Position numbers and translations under genes: made by a program. 64,000 nt of DNA from the human T2T-CHM13v2.0 reference genome, Homo sapiens. The notes under the pieces are model-generated. The model saw only the letters and a list, made by a program, of their open reading frames with translations, was not told the DNA's origin and did no database searches. Positions within the stretch are counted from its first letter, which is position 1; each line of letters opens with the position of its first letter. Location of the stretch: the NCBI GenBank assembly GCA_009914755.4, contig CP068257.2, forward strand, positions 14,240,001-14,304,000, written 5' to 3'. Shown piece by piece: positions 14,001 to 34,833 of this stretch.

Positions 14001-17000
14001 TCCATGATCCATTGCCTACAAGAAACTTCATCTCTAAAGATACACATATACTGAAAATAAAAGAATGGAAAAAGATATTCCATGACAATGCAAACCAAAA
14101 AAGAGCAGGAGTCACTATACTTCTCTCAGACAATTAGATTTCAAGACAAAAGCGATAAGGAGAGACAAAGATTGTCACTGTATAATGAAAAACGGGTCAA
14201 TTCAGCAAGAGGATATCACAATTTTAAATATATATGTACCTAATGCTGGAGCACCCAGATACATTAAGCGAGTAGAGGTAAAGAGAGCGATAGACTCCAA
14301 TACAGTAATAGCTGGAGACTTACCAACACTCCACTCTCAATATTGAACAGAGAATCCAAACAGAAAATCAGCAAAAATGCATCAGATTTAATTTGTACTG
14401 TAGGCCAAATGGACCTAATAGATATTTACAGAATATTTTATCCAATGGCTGCAGAATACACATTCTTCTCTTTGGCACATATATTATTCTCAAGGATAGA
14501 CCATAGGTTAGGTCACAAAACAAATCTTTTTTAAAAAATTTGTATTTTGGGTTTGGAGGTACATGTGAAGATTTGTTACATCGATAAACATGTGTCATGG
14601 GGGTTGTACATATTATTACATCACCCAGGTATTAAGCTCAGGATCCAATATTTCTCTTTTCTGTTCCTCTCCCTCCTTCCACCCTCCCCTCTCAAGTATA
14701 CCCCAGAGTCTATTGTTTTCTTCTTTGTGTTCATAAATTCTTACAATTTAGACAAAACAAGTCTGAAAGCATTAAAAAAAGAAATAACATCAAGCATCTT
14801 CTCTGACCATGATGGGATAGAACTAGAAATTAATAACAACAGAAATTTTGGAAACTACACAAATACATGGAAATTAAGCAATATGCTTCTGAATGAACAG
14901 TGGGTCAATGAAAAAAATTAAGAAGGAAATTGAAGAAATTAAGAAGGAAGCATATGTGCCTACATCGAAAAAGAAGAAAAACTTGAAATAAACAACTTAA
15001 CGATCCATCTTGAAGAACTAGAAAAGCAACAGCAAACCAAACCCAAAATGAGTAGAAGAAAAATAATAAAGATCAGAGCAGAAATAAATTTGAAATTAAA
15101 AAAACACAAAGGATCAATTAAACAAAAAAGTTTTTAAAAAGGTCAACAAAATTGGCAAACCTTTAGCTAGACTAAGAATAAAAGATTCAAATAAATAAAA
15201 TCAGAGATATACAAGGAGACATTACAACTGATAGCACAGAAATTTAAAGGATCATTAGTGGCTACTATGAGTAACTTATGCCAATAAATTGGAAAACATA
15301 AAATAAATGGACAAATTCCTAGACACATACAACCTACCAAGATTGAACCATGAGAAAATCCAAAATCTAAAGAGACCAATAACAAGTAAAAACAAAAGCC
15401 ATAATAAAAAGTCTCCCAGCAAAGAAAAGCCTGGGATTCAGTGGCTTCCCTGCTGAATCCTTCAAAACATTTAAAGAACGATCAATCCTACTCAAGCTAT
15501 TCCAAAAAAATACAGGAGGAGGGAATACTTCCAAACTTATTCTACAAGGTCAGTAATAACCCTGATATCAAAACCAGACAATAACATCAAAAAAGACAAC
15601 TATAGGCCAATATCACTGATGAATATTGATGCAAAAATCCTCAATAAAATACTAGCAAACCAAATTTAACAACATATTATAGATAATTCATTATGTCCAG
15701 GTTGGATTTATCCAAGGGATGCAAGAATGGCTCAACACATGCAAATAAATTAATGTGATACATCATATCAACAGAATAGAAAACAAAAACTATATGGTCA
15801 TTTCAACTGATGTGGAAAAAGCATTTGATAAACTTCAACATCTCTTCATGATTTAAAAAAACTCTCAAACAACTGGCTATAGAAGGAACATACCTCAACA
15901 TAATAAAAGGCATATATGACAGACTCATAGCTCTTATCATATTGAATGGGGTGAAACTGAAAAACCTGTCCTCTAAGATTGGGAACAAGATGAGGATGCC
16001 CACTTTCACCACTGTTATTACACATAGTACTGGAAGTCCTAGCTAGAACAATCAGACAAGGGAATGAAATAAAGGACATCAAAATTGGAAAGGAAGAAGT
16101 CAAACTATTCTTGTTTGAAAATAATATGATCTTATATTTAGGAAATCCTGAAGACTCCACCAAAAAACTATTAGAACTGATAAATTCAGTAAAATTGCAG
16201 GATACAAAATCACCATAGAAAAATCAGTGGCTTTTCTATATGCCAGCAGCAAACAATCTGAAAAAAAATTCAAGAAAATAATCTCATTTACAATAGCTAC
16301 AAATAAAATAAAATACCTGGGAATTAACCAAAGTAGTGAAAGATTTCTACAATGAAAACTATAAAACATTATGCAAGAAATTGAAGAGGATGCAAAAAAA
16401 TGGAAAGATACTTCATGTTGATGGATTGGAAGAATCAATATTGTTAAATGTTCATATTACCCAAAGGAATCTACAGACTTAAAGCAATCCCTATCAAAAT
16501 ACCAATGATGTTCTTCACAGAAATAGAAGAAAAAAATCATGATATTTATATGGAGCCACAAAAGACCCAGAATAGCCCAAGCTATCCTGAGCAAAAAGAA
16601 CAAAACTGGAGGAATCACATTACCTGACTTAAATTATGTTATGGAGCTATAGTAACCAAACAGCATGGAACTGGCATAAAAACAGACACATAAACCAATG
16701 GAACATAAGAGAGAACCCAGAGATAAATCTATACATCTACAGTGAACTCATTTTTGATAAAGGTGCTAAGAACATTCATTGGGGAAAGTCTCTTCAATAA
16801 ATGGTGCTGAAAAAACTGGGTATCTATATGAAGAAGAATGAAACTAGACCTCTATCTGTCACCATGTATAAAAATCAAAATGGATTAAAGACTTAAATCT
16901 AAGATCTCAAACTATGTAATTTCTATAAGAAAACATGAGGAAAACTCTCCAAAACATTGGTTTGGGCAAAACTTCTTGAGAAATACCCCATAAGCACAGG

Positions 17001-18178
17001 CAATCAAAGCAAAAATATACAAATACAATCAGGTCAAGTTAAAAATCTTCTGCACAGCAAAAGATGCAATCAACAAAGTGAAGAGACAGCCTACAGAATG
17101 TAAGAAAATACTTGCAAACTACCCTTCTGAAAAGGGATTAATAGCCAGAATCCATAAGAAGTTCAAATAACTCTTTAGGAAAAAAAGTCTAAAAATCCAA
17201 TCAAAAAATGGGCAAAAGATTTGAATAGACGTCACTCAAAAGAAGACATGGAAATAATAAATATAAAAATGTGCTCAACATCATCAATCATCAGCTAAAG
17301 TGCAACTCAAAACTACAATGAGAGATGTCTTCTCACCTCAGTTAAAATGGCTTGTATCAAAAAATCAGACAATAACAAAAGTTGACGAGGATGTGGAGAA
17401 AAGGGAAACCTGTACACGATAGGAATGTAAATTAGTACTACTATGGAAAACAGTTTGGAGATTCCTCAAACAACTAAAAATAGAGCTACCATACAATGCA
17501 GCAATCCCACATAACCCAAAATAAAAGAAATCATATATTGAAGAGTTATCTGCACTCTCATATTTATGGCAGTATTATTCACAATAGCCAAGATTTGGAA
17601 TCCACCTAAATGTTCATCAACAGATGAATGGATAAAGAAAATATGGTACATATACATAATGGAGTATTATTTGGCCACTTAAAAAGAATGAGATCCTGTC
17701 ATTTACAACAACATGGATGGAACTGGAGGTCATTATGCTAAATGAAATAAACCAGTCTCAGAAAGAAAAACTTCACATGTTCTCACTTATTTGTGGGAGA
17801 TAAATATAAAAAAAAAAAATGAACTCATGGAGATAGAGTAGAAGGATGGTTACCAGATGTTGGGAAGGGTATTAAGGAAGGTGGGGTTGGTGAAGTGGGG
17901 AGGGTTAATGTGTATAAAAAAAAATAGAATAAATAAGAACTAGTATTTGCTAGCCCAACGGGGTGACTGTAGTCAAAAATAATGTAATTGTATATTTTAA
18001 AATAATTAAAAGTGTATAACTGGATTGTTTGTAACACAGAGGATAAATGCTTGAGGTGATGGATAACCCATTTACCCTGATGTCATTATTATACATTGCA
18101 TGCATGTGTCAAAAGATCTCATGTAACCCATAAACATATACACCTACTATGTAGCCACAAAAATTAAAATTAAAAATT
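11090..18178 (+). mobile_element. near-full-length older primate L1 (L1P; L1PB/L1PA-old-like). The 5'UTR is at ~11090-12420, degenerate ORF1 at ~12425-13420 and degenerate ORF2 at ~13890-17800, with the 3'UTR running to ~18178.
   Basis: The ORF1 translation reads 'MGKQQAQTMKTIINT...ELRNTIGILKNAL...IKTFTDKQKLRDFIHTRPILQEMLKGELQ'. ORF2 begins with 'ITLNINKVSNQKWLN' and ends in 'MFSLICG'. The 3'UTR '...gatggttaccagatgttgggaagggtattaaggaaggtggggttggtgaagtggggagggttaatgtgtataaaaaaa...tgtattttaaaataattaaaagtgtataactggattgtttgtaacacagaggataaatgcttgaggtgatggataacccatttaccctgatgtcattatt' is typical of the L1PB/L1MA 3' end. Many frameshifts and stops are present. The 5' boundary is uncertain. Confidence 0.75.
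14528..14760 (-). mobile_element. short L1 3'-end fragment nested inside ORF2 of the L1P element
   Basis: 'ggaggtacatgtgaagatttgttacatcgataaacatgtgtcatgggggttgtacatattattacatcacccaggtattaagctcagg...ccctccttccaccctcccctctcaag' resembles the reverse complement of an L1P 3' end ('gggtacatgtgcaggtttgttacatag...cacccaggtattaagc'). Confidence 0.4.
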
Positions 18179-18194
18179 TAAAGAAAACTATATC

Positions 18195-19640
<1,446 letters not shown>

Positions 19641-21420
19641 TCTGATGAATGTTTATTCAAGAAAAGTTACTAAATCTAAGTAAGAAGAGCAAGCTTTGTG
19701 GGATTTTAATTTGCCTTATTTGCAGTCCCCTCTCCCAACTATATGGTAGCTCTGAAAACCATGGAGATAAAGATCCTTTCAGTCTAGCAACCACTGATGG
19801 AGTCAAAATGGATTTGGTGCTTCCCCAAAAGCTTCATCTCCAGATAATTGTTACTTTTTGACTCGTCTGTCAGTTCACAAGGAAAGTCCAATTCACAGTG
19901 TTTATCTTTATTGAACTGACTCAGAACATGTTCAGTGGGAAAGGTCCTGTTACAGTAGGACACACTGCGCATGCTCGCCTCCCAAGCGCAAGCCTGGAAC
20001 TGTGCACGCAGGCAGCTTACCCTAACGGAAAAATCAAGGGAAAGCCGGTGAAAGACACTGGAAGTGGGCCACCGTATAAAATCTTAGGTTCAAGGTCAAA
20101 CAGGGCACTTGACCTCCAAGATGCCTGCTTGGACCTCTTCCAAGTGTCCTTTCTTTTTTTTTCATTCCTGCTCTAAAGCTTTTTGATAAACTTCCTCTCC
20201 TGCTCTAAAACTTGCGTTGGTGTCCTTTTTCTGCCTTATGCCCCTCAGTCAAATCTTTGTTCTGAGAAGACAAGAATTGAGGTTGCTGCAGACTCATACG
20301 TATTCGCCACTGGTAACCCGGATAACTTCCACCGCTAATACTATGTCCAGGGCATTTGTGAAAACCAACAAACAAAAAACAAAACAAAACAAAAACAGCA
20401 GCAGTTATTTAACACCTAGCCGACTGAGCTGGCAATACTAGTTAGGGCAAATAAGAGACTGGCCAGAAAACATCAAAGGAAAATTTTGAGTGGAGTTTTT
20501 ATTTCTGGAAATGGTATAATCAGTTATTTCAGAGTAATACTCTGAAAAACAACAAAGACACAGGTGTACAAAATAAAGTGCATTTATCAATTTGAAGGCA
20601 TTAGAAAACTACCTAATTGGAGAATGAGATGTCCATATGGGGCTTATCAAAACCTCTGATATATACCGGGGGATCTACAAGACCATACACGTGGGTATGT
20701 CTGTGGCCCGACCAGGACAGACCTAAGCCCTTACTCTCTCACAGAAAGGAACACAAGCAGAGTGTGGTGGCCTTGTTAGCTTGAGAAGACAGAGATTAGA
20801 GCACAGAAGCTGAAGGGCTGGAGATTGTGCTGAAGAAAACTCGAGAGGAGGGAGCCATTATCATGTGTTCAGGAGTTAGAGATGTGGATATGGAGTTTTT
20901 TCTCTGGCTTCTTCCCTTTCAGGTTTTTTTTTTTTTTTTTTCCTACTTCAGTGGTATTTTTCTCGAACCAGTTTTCTGGTTCCTCAGGTAGAAACACAGT
21001 GGGATTTTTCACAATTACTTCCCACATTGCTGGGTGGCCTCAAAGACTAATTAACCCTAGGCTAAAAAGTCATGAAAAAATAGAGGTGCTTAATGTTTAC
21101 CACTCCACTGCCCTGCCTGGAGGGTGTATCCTCATCTGAGCCTGTCTGCTTTCATTCCTTCTTCAGTGCCTTTTGGTATTATGTCTAAATTTTAAAGTTG
21201 CTTCCTGATAAGTGAGTGAGTGCTCTGATAGGATCTTCCTCCATCATTAGTAGAATCTTTCTGACTGGTTAATCTCTAGAGTTGCGAAAAAAGTTGATAC
21301 TGATAAATACCTGTTAGAAACTTAATTTCTAAACATGTAACATCTGTTCTACAAATATTTACTTTAAATCTAAAGGCGATAATAAGTTTGATGTAAATAT
21401 GAACCAATAGAATGTAAGAT

Positions 21421-21559
21421 AGACTGGGTGCAGTGGTCTGTGCCTATAATCCCAAAACTTTGGAAGGCCAAGGTGGGAGAATCACTTGAGGCCAACGGTT
21501 CAAGACCAGCCTGGACAACATAGTGAGAACTAGTCTCTCAAAAACAACAATAAAAAAAT
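21421..21559 (+). mobile_element. free left Alu monomer (FLAM / AluJ-left-arm-like) with an A-rich tail, flanked by a perfect 10-bp TSD 'gaatgtaaga'
   Basis: 'agactgggtgcagtggtctgtgcctataatcccaaaactttggaaggccaaggtgggagaatcacttgaggccaacggttcaagaccagcctggacaacatagtgagaactagtctctcaaaaacaacaataaaaaaatt'. The sequence 'gaatgtaaga' appears at 21411-21420 and again at 21562-21571. Confidence 0.7.
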
Positions 21560-22152
21560 TGAATGTAAGACATATCAAATATGCTCCCATCTCTAGTTGG
21601 CATGTAATGCCTAGCCTGCCATTCCCTGGACAAGAACAACATTATAGTCTCTGCCTCTTTCTGGAGTACACTGATCTTGCTGGAAATAGTTAAGTGAAGT
21701 TACTGTGACCGCCTAACACAGGATGGGATAGAGAATTCTTGCGAACAAAGGGTCAGCTGGGAATAAACAACAACCTAAGGAAACAGAATGACCAAATAAT
21801 AGCATAAGGTAGGACATCCCATCCCTATCAGCTGTCATAGCTTGTTTGCTTAATTGATTGATTACTTAGCTTGTTGAATGAAAATAAATATATTTTATAA
21901 CAAAAGATTGTGTTCTTGGACATCTCATTTAATTGACATCCTCAACCAAGTCTTAATTGTAGCCCGAGGTAGAATCTAACTTAAAAATGTATGCTTACAT
22001 TTAATAACTGGCTGTTGCCTCAAATACAACAGTATTGCAACATATGTACTCTAGCCATCCAGTATTTTAGTTCCCTTATTTTTTTAACATCCAAAATTAG
22101 ATATTACTATTATTAACTTATACAAGCAACTTGTTTTATATTTATATATGTA

Positions 22153-22467
22153 TTTTATTTTACCTGAGACAGGGTCCCACTCTGTCACTCAGGCTGGAGT
22201 GAACTGGTATGTTCACTGGTATGTTCACGGCTCACTGCAGCCTTGACTTCCTTTGGCTCAGGTGACCCTCCCACCTCAGCCTCCGTAGTAGCTGGGACTA
22301 TAGGCACACGCCACCATGCCTGGCTAATTTTTAAAGTGTTTTTTTGTAAAGATTGGATTTTTCCATGTTGCCCAGGCTGGTCTGAAAACTCCTGGGCTGA
22401 AGTGATCTCCCTGCCTTGGCCTCCCAAAGTGCTGGGATTACAGGTGTGAGTCACAGTGCCTGGCCCA
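22153..22467 (-). mobile_element. Alu, full length, minus strand; carries an internal 12-bp tandem duplication (tggtatgttcac x2, ~22203-22226)
   Basis: 'cctgagacagggtcccactctgtcactcaggctggagtg...ggctcactgcagccttgacttcc...cctcccaaagtgctgggattacaggtgtgagtcacagtgcctggccc'. Confidence 0.9.
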
Positions 22468-22725
22468 TTTATTATTTTATTTGTTCAGTATTTCTTATGT
22501 CCCAGCTGTCTTCCTGTACTAAATTTTCTTTTCTGATGTACCTCTGAAGTTCATTTAGTTGAGATGATAAACTTTCAAAGGTTTGGTTTCTGAAAATGCC
22601 TTTACTTCACTCTTGTTCTAGAAATAGAGTTTGGCTATATACACAATTCTTGGGATATGTATTTTCTCTCAACACTTTAAGAGCTTTCCACTCTCCTCTT
22701 GCTTCCTTTGTTACTCTTGACATTC

Positions 22726-22873
22726 CTTTTTTTTTTTTTTTGAGTCAGGGTGTCGCCAATGGTGTGATCTTGGCTCACTGCAACCTCTGCTTCTGGGGTT
22801 CAAGTGATTCTCCTGCCTCAGCCTCGCAAGTAGCTGGGACAATAGTAGGTTCACCACCACACTCGGCTAAATT
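22726..22873 (-). mobile_element. 5'-truncated Alu (right arm plus tail), minus strand
   Basis: A poly-T run is followed by 'gagtcagggtgtcgccaatggtgtgatcttggctcactgcaacctctgcttctggggttcaagtgattctcctgcctcagcctcgcaagtagctgggac'. The left arm is absent. Confidence 0.8.
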
Positions 22874-23183
22874 CTGTCATCTGTCAATCATCAATCCATC
22901 ATTAATTACCTATTATGCCTTTATAGATGGTCTGTCTTTTGTAATGATTTTAAGATCCTCTTTACGGTAGTTCCTTGTTATCCATGGTGGGGATATGTTC
23001 CAAGACCCTAAGTGAATGCCTTAAACTGCAGACAGTACAGCACTCAGTTGCTGTCCATCAGAACACACTTCTGATCATCTTTTCTTCCACCTGCAAATTT
23101 AATTCCTTTTTCCATAACTAAACACTTATCATGCAGTGTGGTTGTAGTTTTTTGTTTGAGATGTGAGAGCAAAAATAGCATGA

Positions 23184-23647
<464 letters not shown>

Positions 23648-26182
23648 CAGCATCACTAATCTTGCCAAATAAGGTAGAGCCAAGTGAGGTTACTTGAACA
23701 CAAGCACTGGGATAAAACGACAGTCAGTCTGATAAGCAAGATGGCTGCTAATTGACTAGTAGGTGGGTGATGCAGTATAGTTACCCCGGACAAAGGGATG
23801 ATTCATGTTCAGAGTGAGACACAGGCAGATGATATGAATTTCATCATGCTACTCAGAAGAGTACACAGTTGGAATCTTATGAATTATTTCTGGAATTCTC
23901 CATTTAATATTTTCAGACTGTTTTTGGCTGTGGGTAACTGAAACTGTGGAAAGTAAAGCTCTGGATAAGGGATAACTATTATATTTCTTCAATGTTTCCA
24001 TTTTCACCAAAATGTTTCTAGATATATGTTTCTTTGTATTTGTCCTGTTTGGATATGTTTACAGATACCTTTTCTCCATGTAATTATTGACGGACTGTTT
24101 TATACAATTGTTAGAATCAAAATGAAGTCTCTGGTGTTAAAAACTCTGACAAATAGAGCCAGGGAAGGCCATGGAGTGAGTGTTCTTACACACAAATGCC
24201 TAACAAGGACTATCACAAAAGACAAGTCAAAATCTTCAGCCCAATATCTTGAGCAGTAATATAAGGTATCTCTAAAATGTTTCCCCACCTGCTTTGACTA
24301 GTCAAGCAAACCAAACTTGCAAACAAAATAGCAATTTGTTACTGAAAAATTCAAGGCTATTTGCAGACTTTCTTTTTATTCTACAATTCAGCCAATCTTA
24401 GCTAAAATGTAAATATTTGAATATTTAACTCTAAACTTTTTAAAAACTAAAAATGGAAAAAGGGGTAAAAGGAGCTTATTTCAAACTGCTATACTTTATT
24501 CAAAATTTTGGTCCACAGTTTTCATCAGATTACCTATTGGAACAAATAAAATGTTGTCATGTGAACAAGTCTCATTTTGTCAGAAATTTAACTTGGATCC
24601 AAGCATCCTTGTATAAACTAGTGAAGTTGTATTACCAGGTTATACTGTCTCATGACTAAAATTCTATAATGAAAGCTATCTTTATTTGTGTGTGTATTTA
24701 TGTGTGTGTTTATGCACGTTTTAAGTTGTGTCTACAAGGTAAAATCTAGCAAAGTTGGTTAGAAATCCCTTAAGAAATTTTATTCACATTGGCCTAGATA
24801 AATAAGTACTCATGAAATAAATAGCTGTTAAGCAGAATGACTTTTAGTTCCTGCGACTTAATAAATCTTTGATAATAATCTGGTTTTAAATTTGATAATA
24901 AAATACAAATAGAAATGTCTTCAAAATTGTCAGCATACATTTTTGCCTGGTTTTTATGGCCAGACAGTTTTATATTTGTCTCTGTTAGATATAAATGATT
25001 TAACTGGTTTAACTATAAACATAGCCTAAAAACAGAATAATCTTTGTGTAATAATATTAATATTGTTGGTTTAGTTAAAACAACTGTGTCTTCTGAGTTA
25101 TTGACAAAATACCCATATATTTAACTTTCTTACTTAGGAAAACACTTGATATTCACAGGCTGTCAAAGTGCTTAAAATTATGACTAATTTTGTCTAATAT
25201 CTCAGTTTTTATAAGTAATCTAGGTATAGTTAATAAAAATAAAAAATTAGACATTAAATTTCTTAAACGTTTATAAATAACTTTATGTAATTAAATATCT
25301 TAAATTTATGTTAAATTAAATGTTAGATACTCATTAAATGTCTGGGTCATTTTCAAATCAATAAAATGTTAAATATAAATTACTGAACATAAATATAACT
25401 GTGTCCTTGGCTTCTTAAATGTTATAAAAGGCTATATTTGGGTCAATTAACATGAAAAGTATGTTATAATAAACATGTTTCTAAAGTTATAAAGTGGTTC
25501 TGATATATAAATTATTGACATGTAATAAGCAATTCAAATTTCTTTGTTCTTATGTTTTTACTAAAATTAGAATTACTGAGAATTAAAAATTATAATTAAT
25601 ATATAATTCTGCATACAAAATGTAACAAAAACTAAAATGTTTTTGTTTAAAACATTATAAAAAGACAGATATATGTTTTTTGTTGAAAAATAGTTGTATC
25701 TAAATTCAGCAGTCCCTAAAGGTTGTTGCAAACTATGGAATTAGGAAAAAATAAAAACAATAAAAAAACAGTAAATAAGTGAGAGAGATGTTTAAATAGC
25801 TATACATAAAAAGATTTGTTTTTGATAAAGAATAAAAAAGGTTGAAAATTTTTGCATGAAAAAAATCTTCTATGATAAATTTTTGTCCCCAACTAAAATG
25901 ACTGGTTATTTTAAGAAAAATAAAATACAGGACACAACAAAAGGTCTAAGCATGCTGTGAAATGTCTAAGTAATAAAAAATTTTGTGAAAAATAAATTTG
26001 CAAACAAAATTTTGCATGTGATCAATTTGACTATAATTTAAAAAATTATTTGTCTTTTTAAAGATTAAGCTTTGGTAAATGTACATGCTGATTTAAAACT
26101 AAACATTTGGTCTCTATATTAGAACAACAAAGATTTCATAAAATATTTATTTGCTTGTAATAAAATTTACAAAAGGTTTTGA

Positions 26183-26513
<331 letters not shown>

Positions 26514-26632
26514 CTATTTTTTTAAATTTTCAATCATCCTCTGCATGGCAGCTTTACAATTTAGAGAAACGTTTTCCCCAAGTAAAATTTAATTCTGCAT
26601 ATTTAACTTTTCTTGTCTGAATCATTCTTTTC

Positions 26633-29882
<3,250 letters not shown>

Positions 29883-29981
29883 TTTTTTTTTATGGCTTAA
29901 CATATTTTTAATACGTTTAGGTGAAAATAGTGTTTCGTTTCTATGAGGCTGCATCTGTTTTTTGTTTTTGTTTTTGTTTTT
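29883..29981 (-). other. 3' flank of the young L1. It consists of a (TTTTTG)n-type A-tail (29958-29981), a 66-bp non-L1 segment (29892-29957) and a second T9 run (29883-29891). I read this as a candidate L1 3' transduction.
   Basis: On the minus strand the order is L1 3' end, then (CAAAAA)n, then 'cagatgcagcctcatagaaacgaaacactattttcacctaaacgtattaaaaatatgttaagccat', then A9, then the TSD. An ATTAAA polyadenylation hexamer lies ~15 nt upstream of the second A-run. Confidence 0.55.
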
Positions 29982-30198
29982 AATTTTATTATTATTATAC
30001 TTTAAGTTTTAGGGTACATGTGTACAATGTGCAGGTTAGTTACATATGTATACATGTGCCATGCTGGTGTGCTGCACCCATTAACTCATCATTTAGCATT
30101 AGGTATATCTCCTAATGCTATCCCTCCCCCGTCCCCCCACCCCACAACAGTCCCCAGAGTGTGATGTTCCCCTTCCTGTGTCCATGTGTTCTCATTGT

Positions 30199-33937
<3,739 letters not shown>

Positions 33938-34086
33938 TTTGCCAGTCTGTGTCTTTTAATTGGAGCATTTAGTCCATTTACATTTAAAGTTAATATTATT
34001 ATGTGTGAATTTGATCCTGTCATTATGATATTAGCTGGTTATTTTGCCAGTTGGTTGATGCAGTTTCTTCCTAGCCTCGATGGTCT

Positions 34087-34833
34087 TTACAATTTGACAT
34101 GATTTTGCAGTGGCTGGTACCGGTTTTTCCTTTCCATGTTTAGTGCTTCCTTCAGGAGCTCTTGTAGGGCAGGCCTGGTGGTGACAAAATCTGTCAGCAT
34201 TTGCTTGTCTGTAAAGGATTTTATTTCTCCTTCACTTATGAAGCTTAGTTTGGCTGGATATGAAATTCTGGGTTGAAAATTCTTTTCTTTAAGAATGTTG
34301 AATATTGGCCCCCACTCTCTTCTGGCTTGTAGAGTTTCTGCCGAGAGATCCACTGTTAGTCTGATGGGCTTCCCTTTATGGGTAACCCAACCTTTCTCTC
34401 TGGCTGCCCTTAACATTTTTTCCTTCATTTCAACTTTGGTGAATCTGACAATTATGTGTCTTGGAGTTGCTCTTCTCGAGGAGTATCTTTGTGGCGTTCT
34501 CTGTATTTCCTGAATCTGAATGTTGGCCTGCCTTGCTAGATTGGGGAAGTTCTCCTGGATAATATCCTGCAGAGTGTTTTCCAACTTGGTTCCATTCTCC
34601 CCGTCACTTTCATGTACACCAGTCAGACGTAGATTTGGTCTTTTCACATAGTCCCATATTTCTTGGAGGCTTTGTTCATTTCTTTTTATTCTTTTTTCTC
34701 TAAACTTCCCTTCTCGCTTCATTTCATTCATTTCATCTTCCATCACTGATACACTTTCTTCCAGTTGATTGCATCGGCTCCTGAGGCTTCTGCATTCTTC
34801 ACGTAGTTCTTGAGCCTTGGCTTTCAGCTCCAT
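34087..34833 (-). pseudogene. L1 ORF1 remnant; the N-terminal region is disrupted upstream
   Basis: The 248-aa ORF 'MELKAKAQELREECRSLRSRCNQLEE...RPNLRLTGVHESDGENGTKLENTLQDIIQENFPNLARQANIQIQEIQRTPQRYSSRRATPRHIIVRFTKVEMKEKMLRAAREKG...KLSFISEGEIKSFTDKQMLTDFVTTRPALQELLKEALNMERKNRYQPLQNHVKL' has the L1 ORF1p coiled-coil, RRM and CTD regions. The expected 'MGKKQNRKTG' start is not in frame. Confidence 0.9.
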
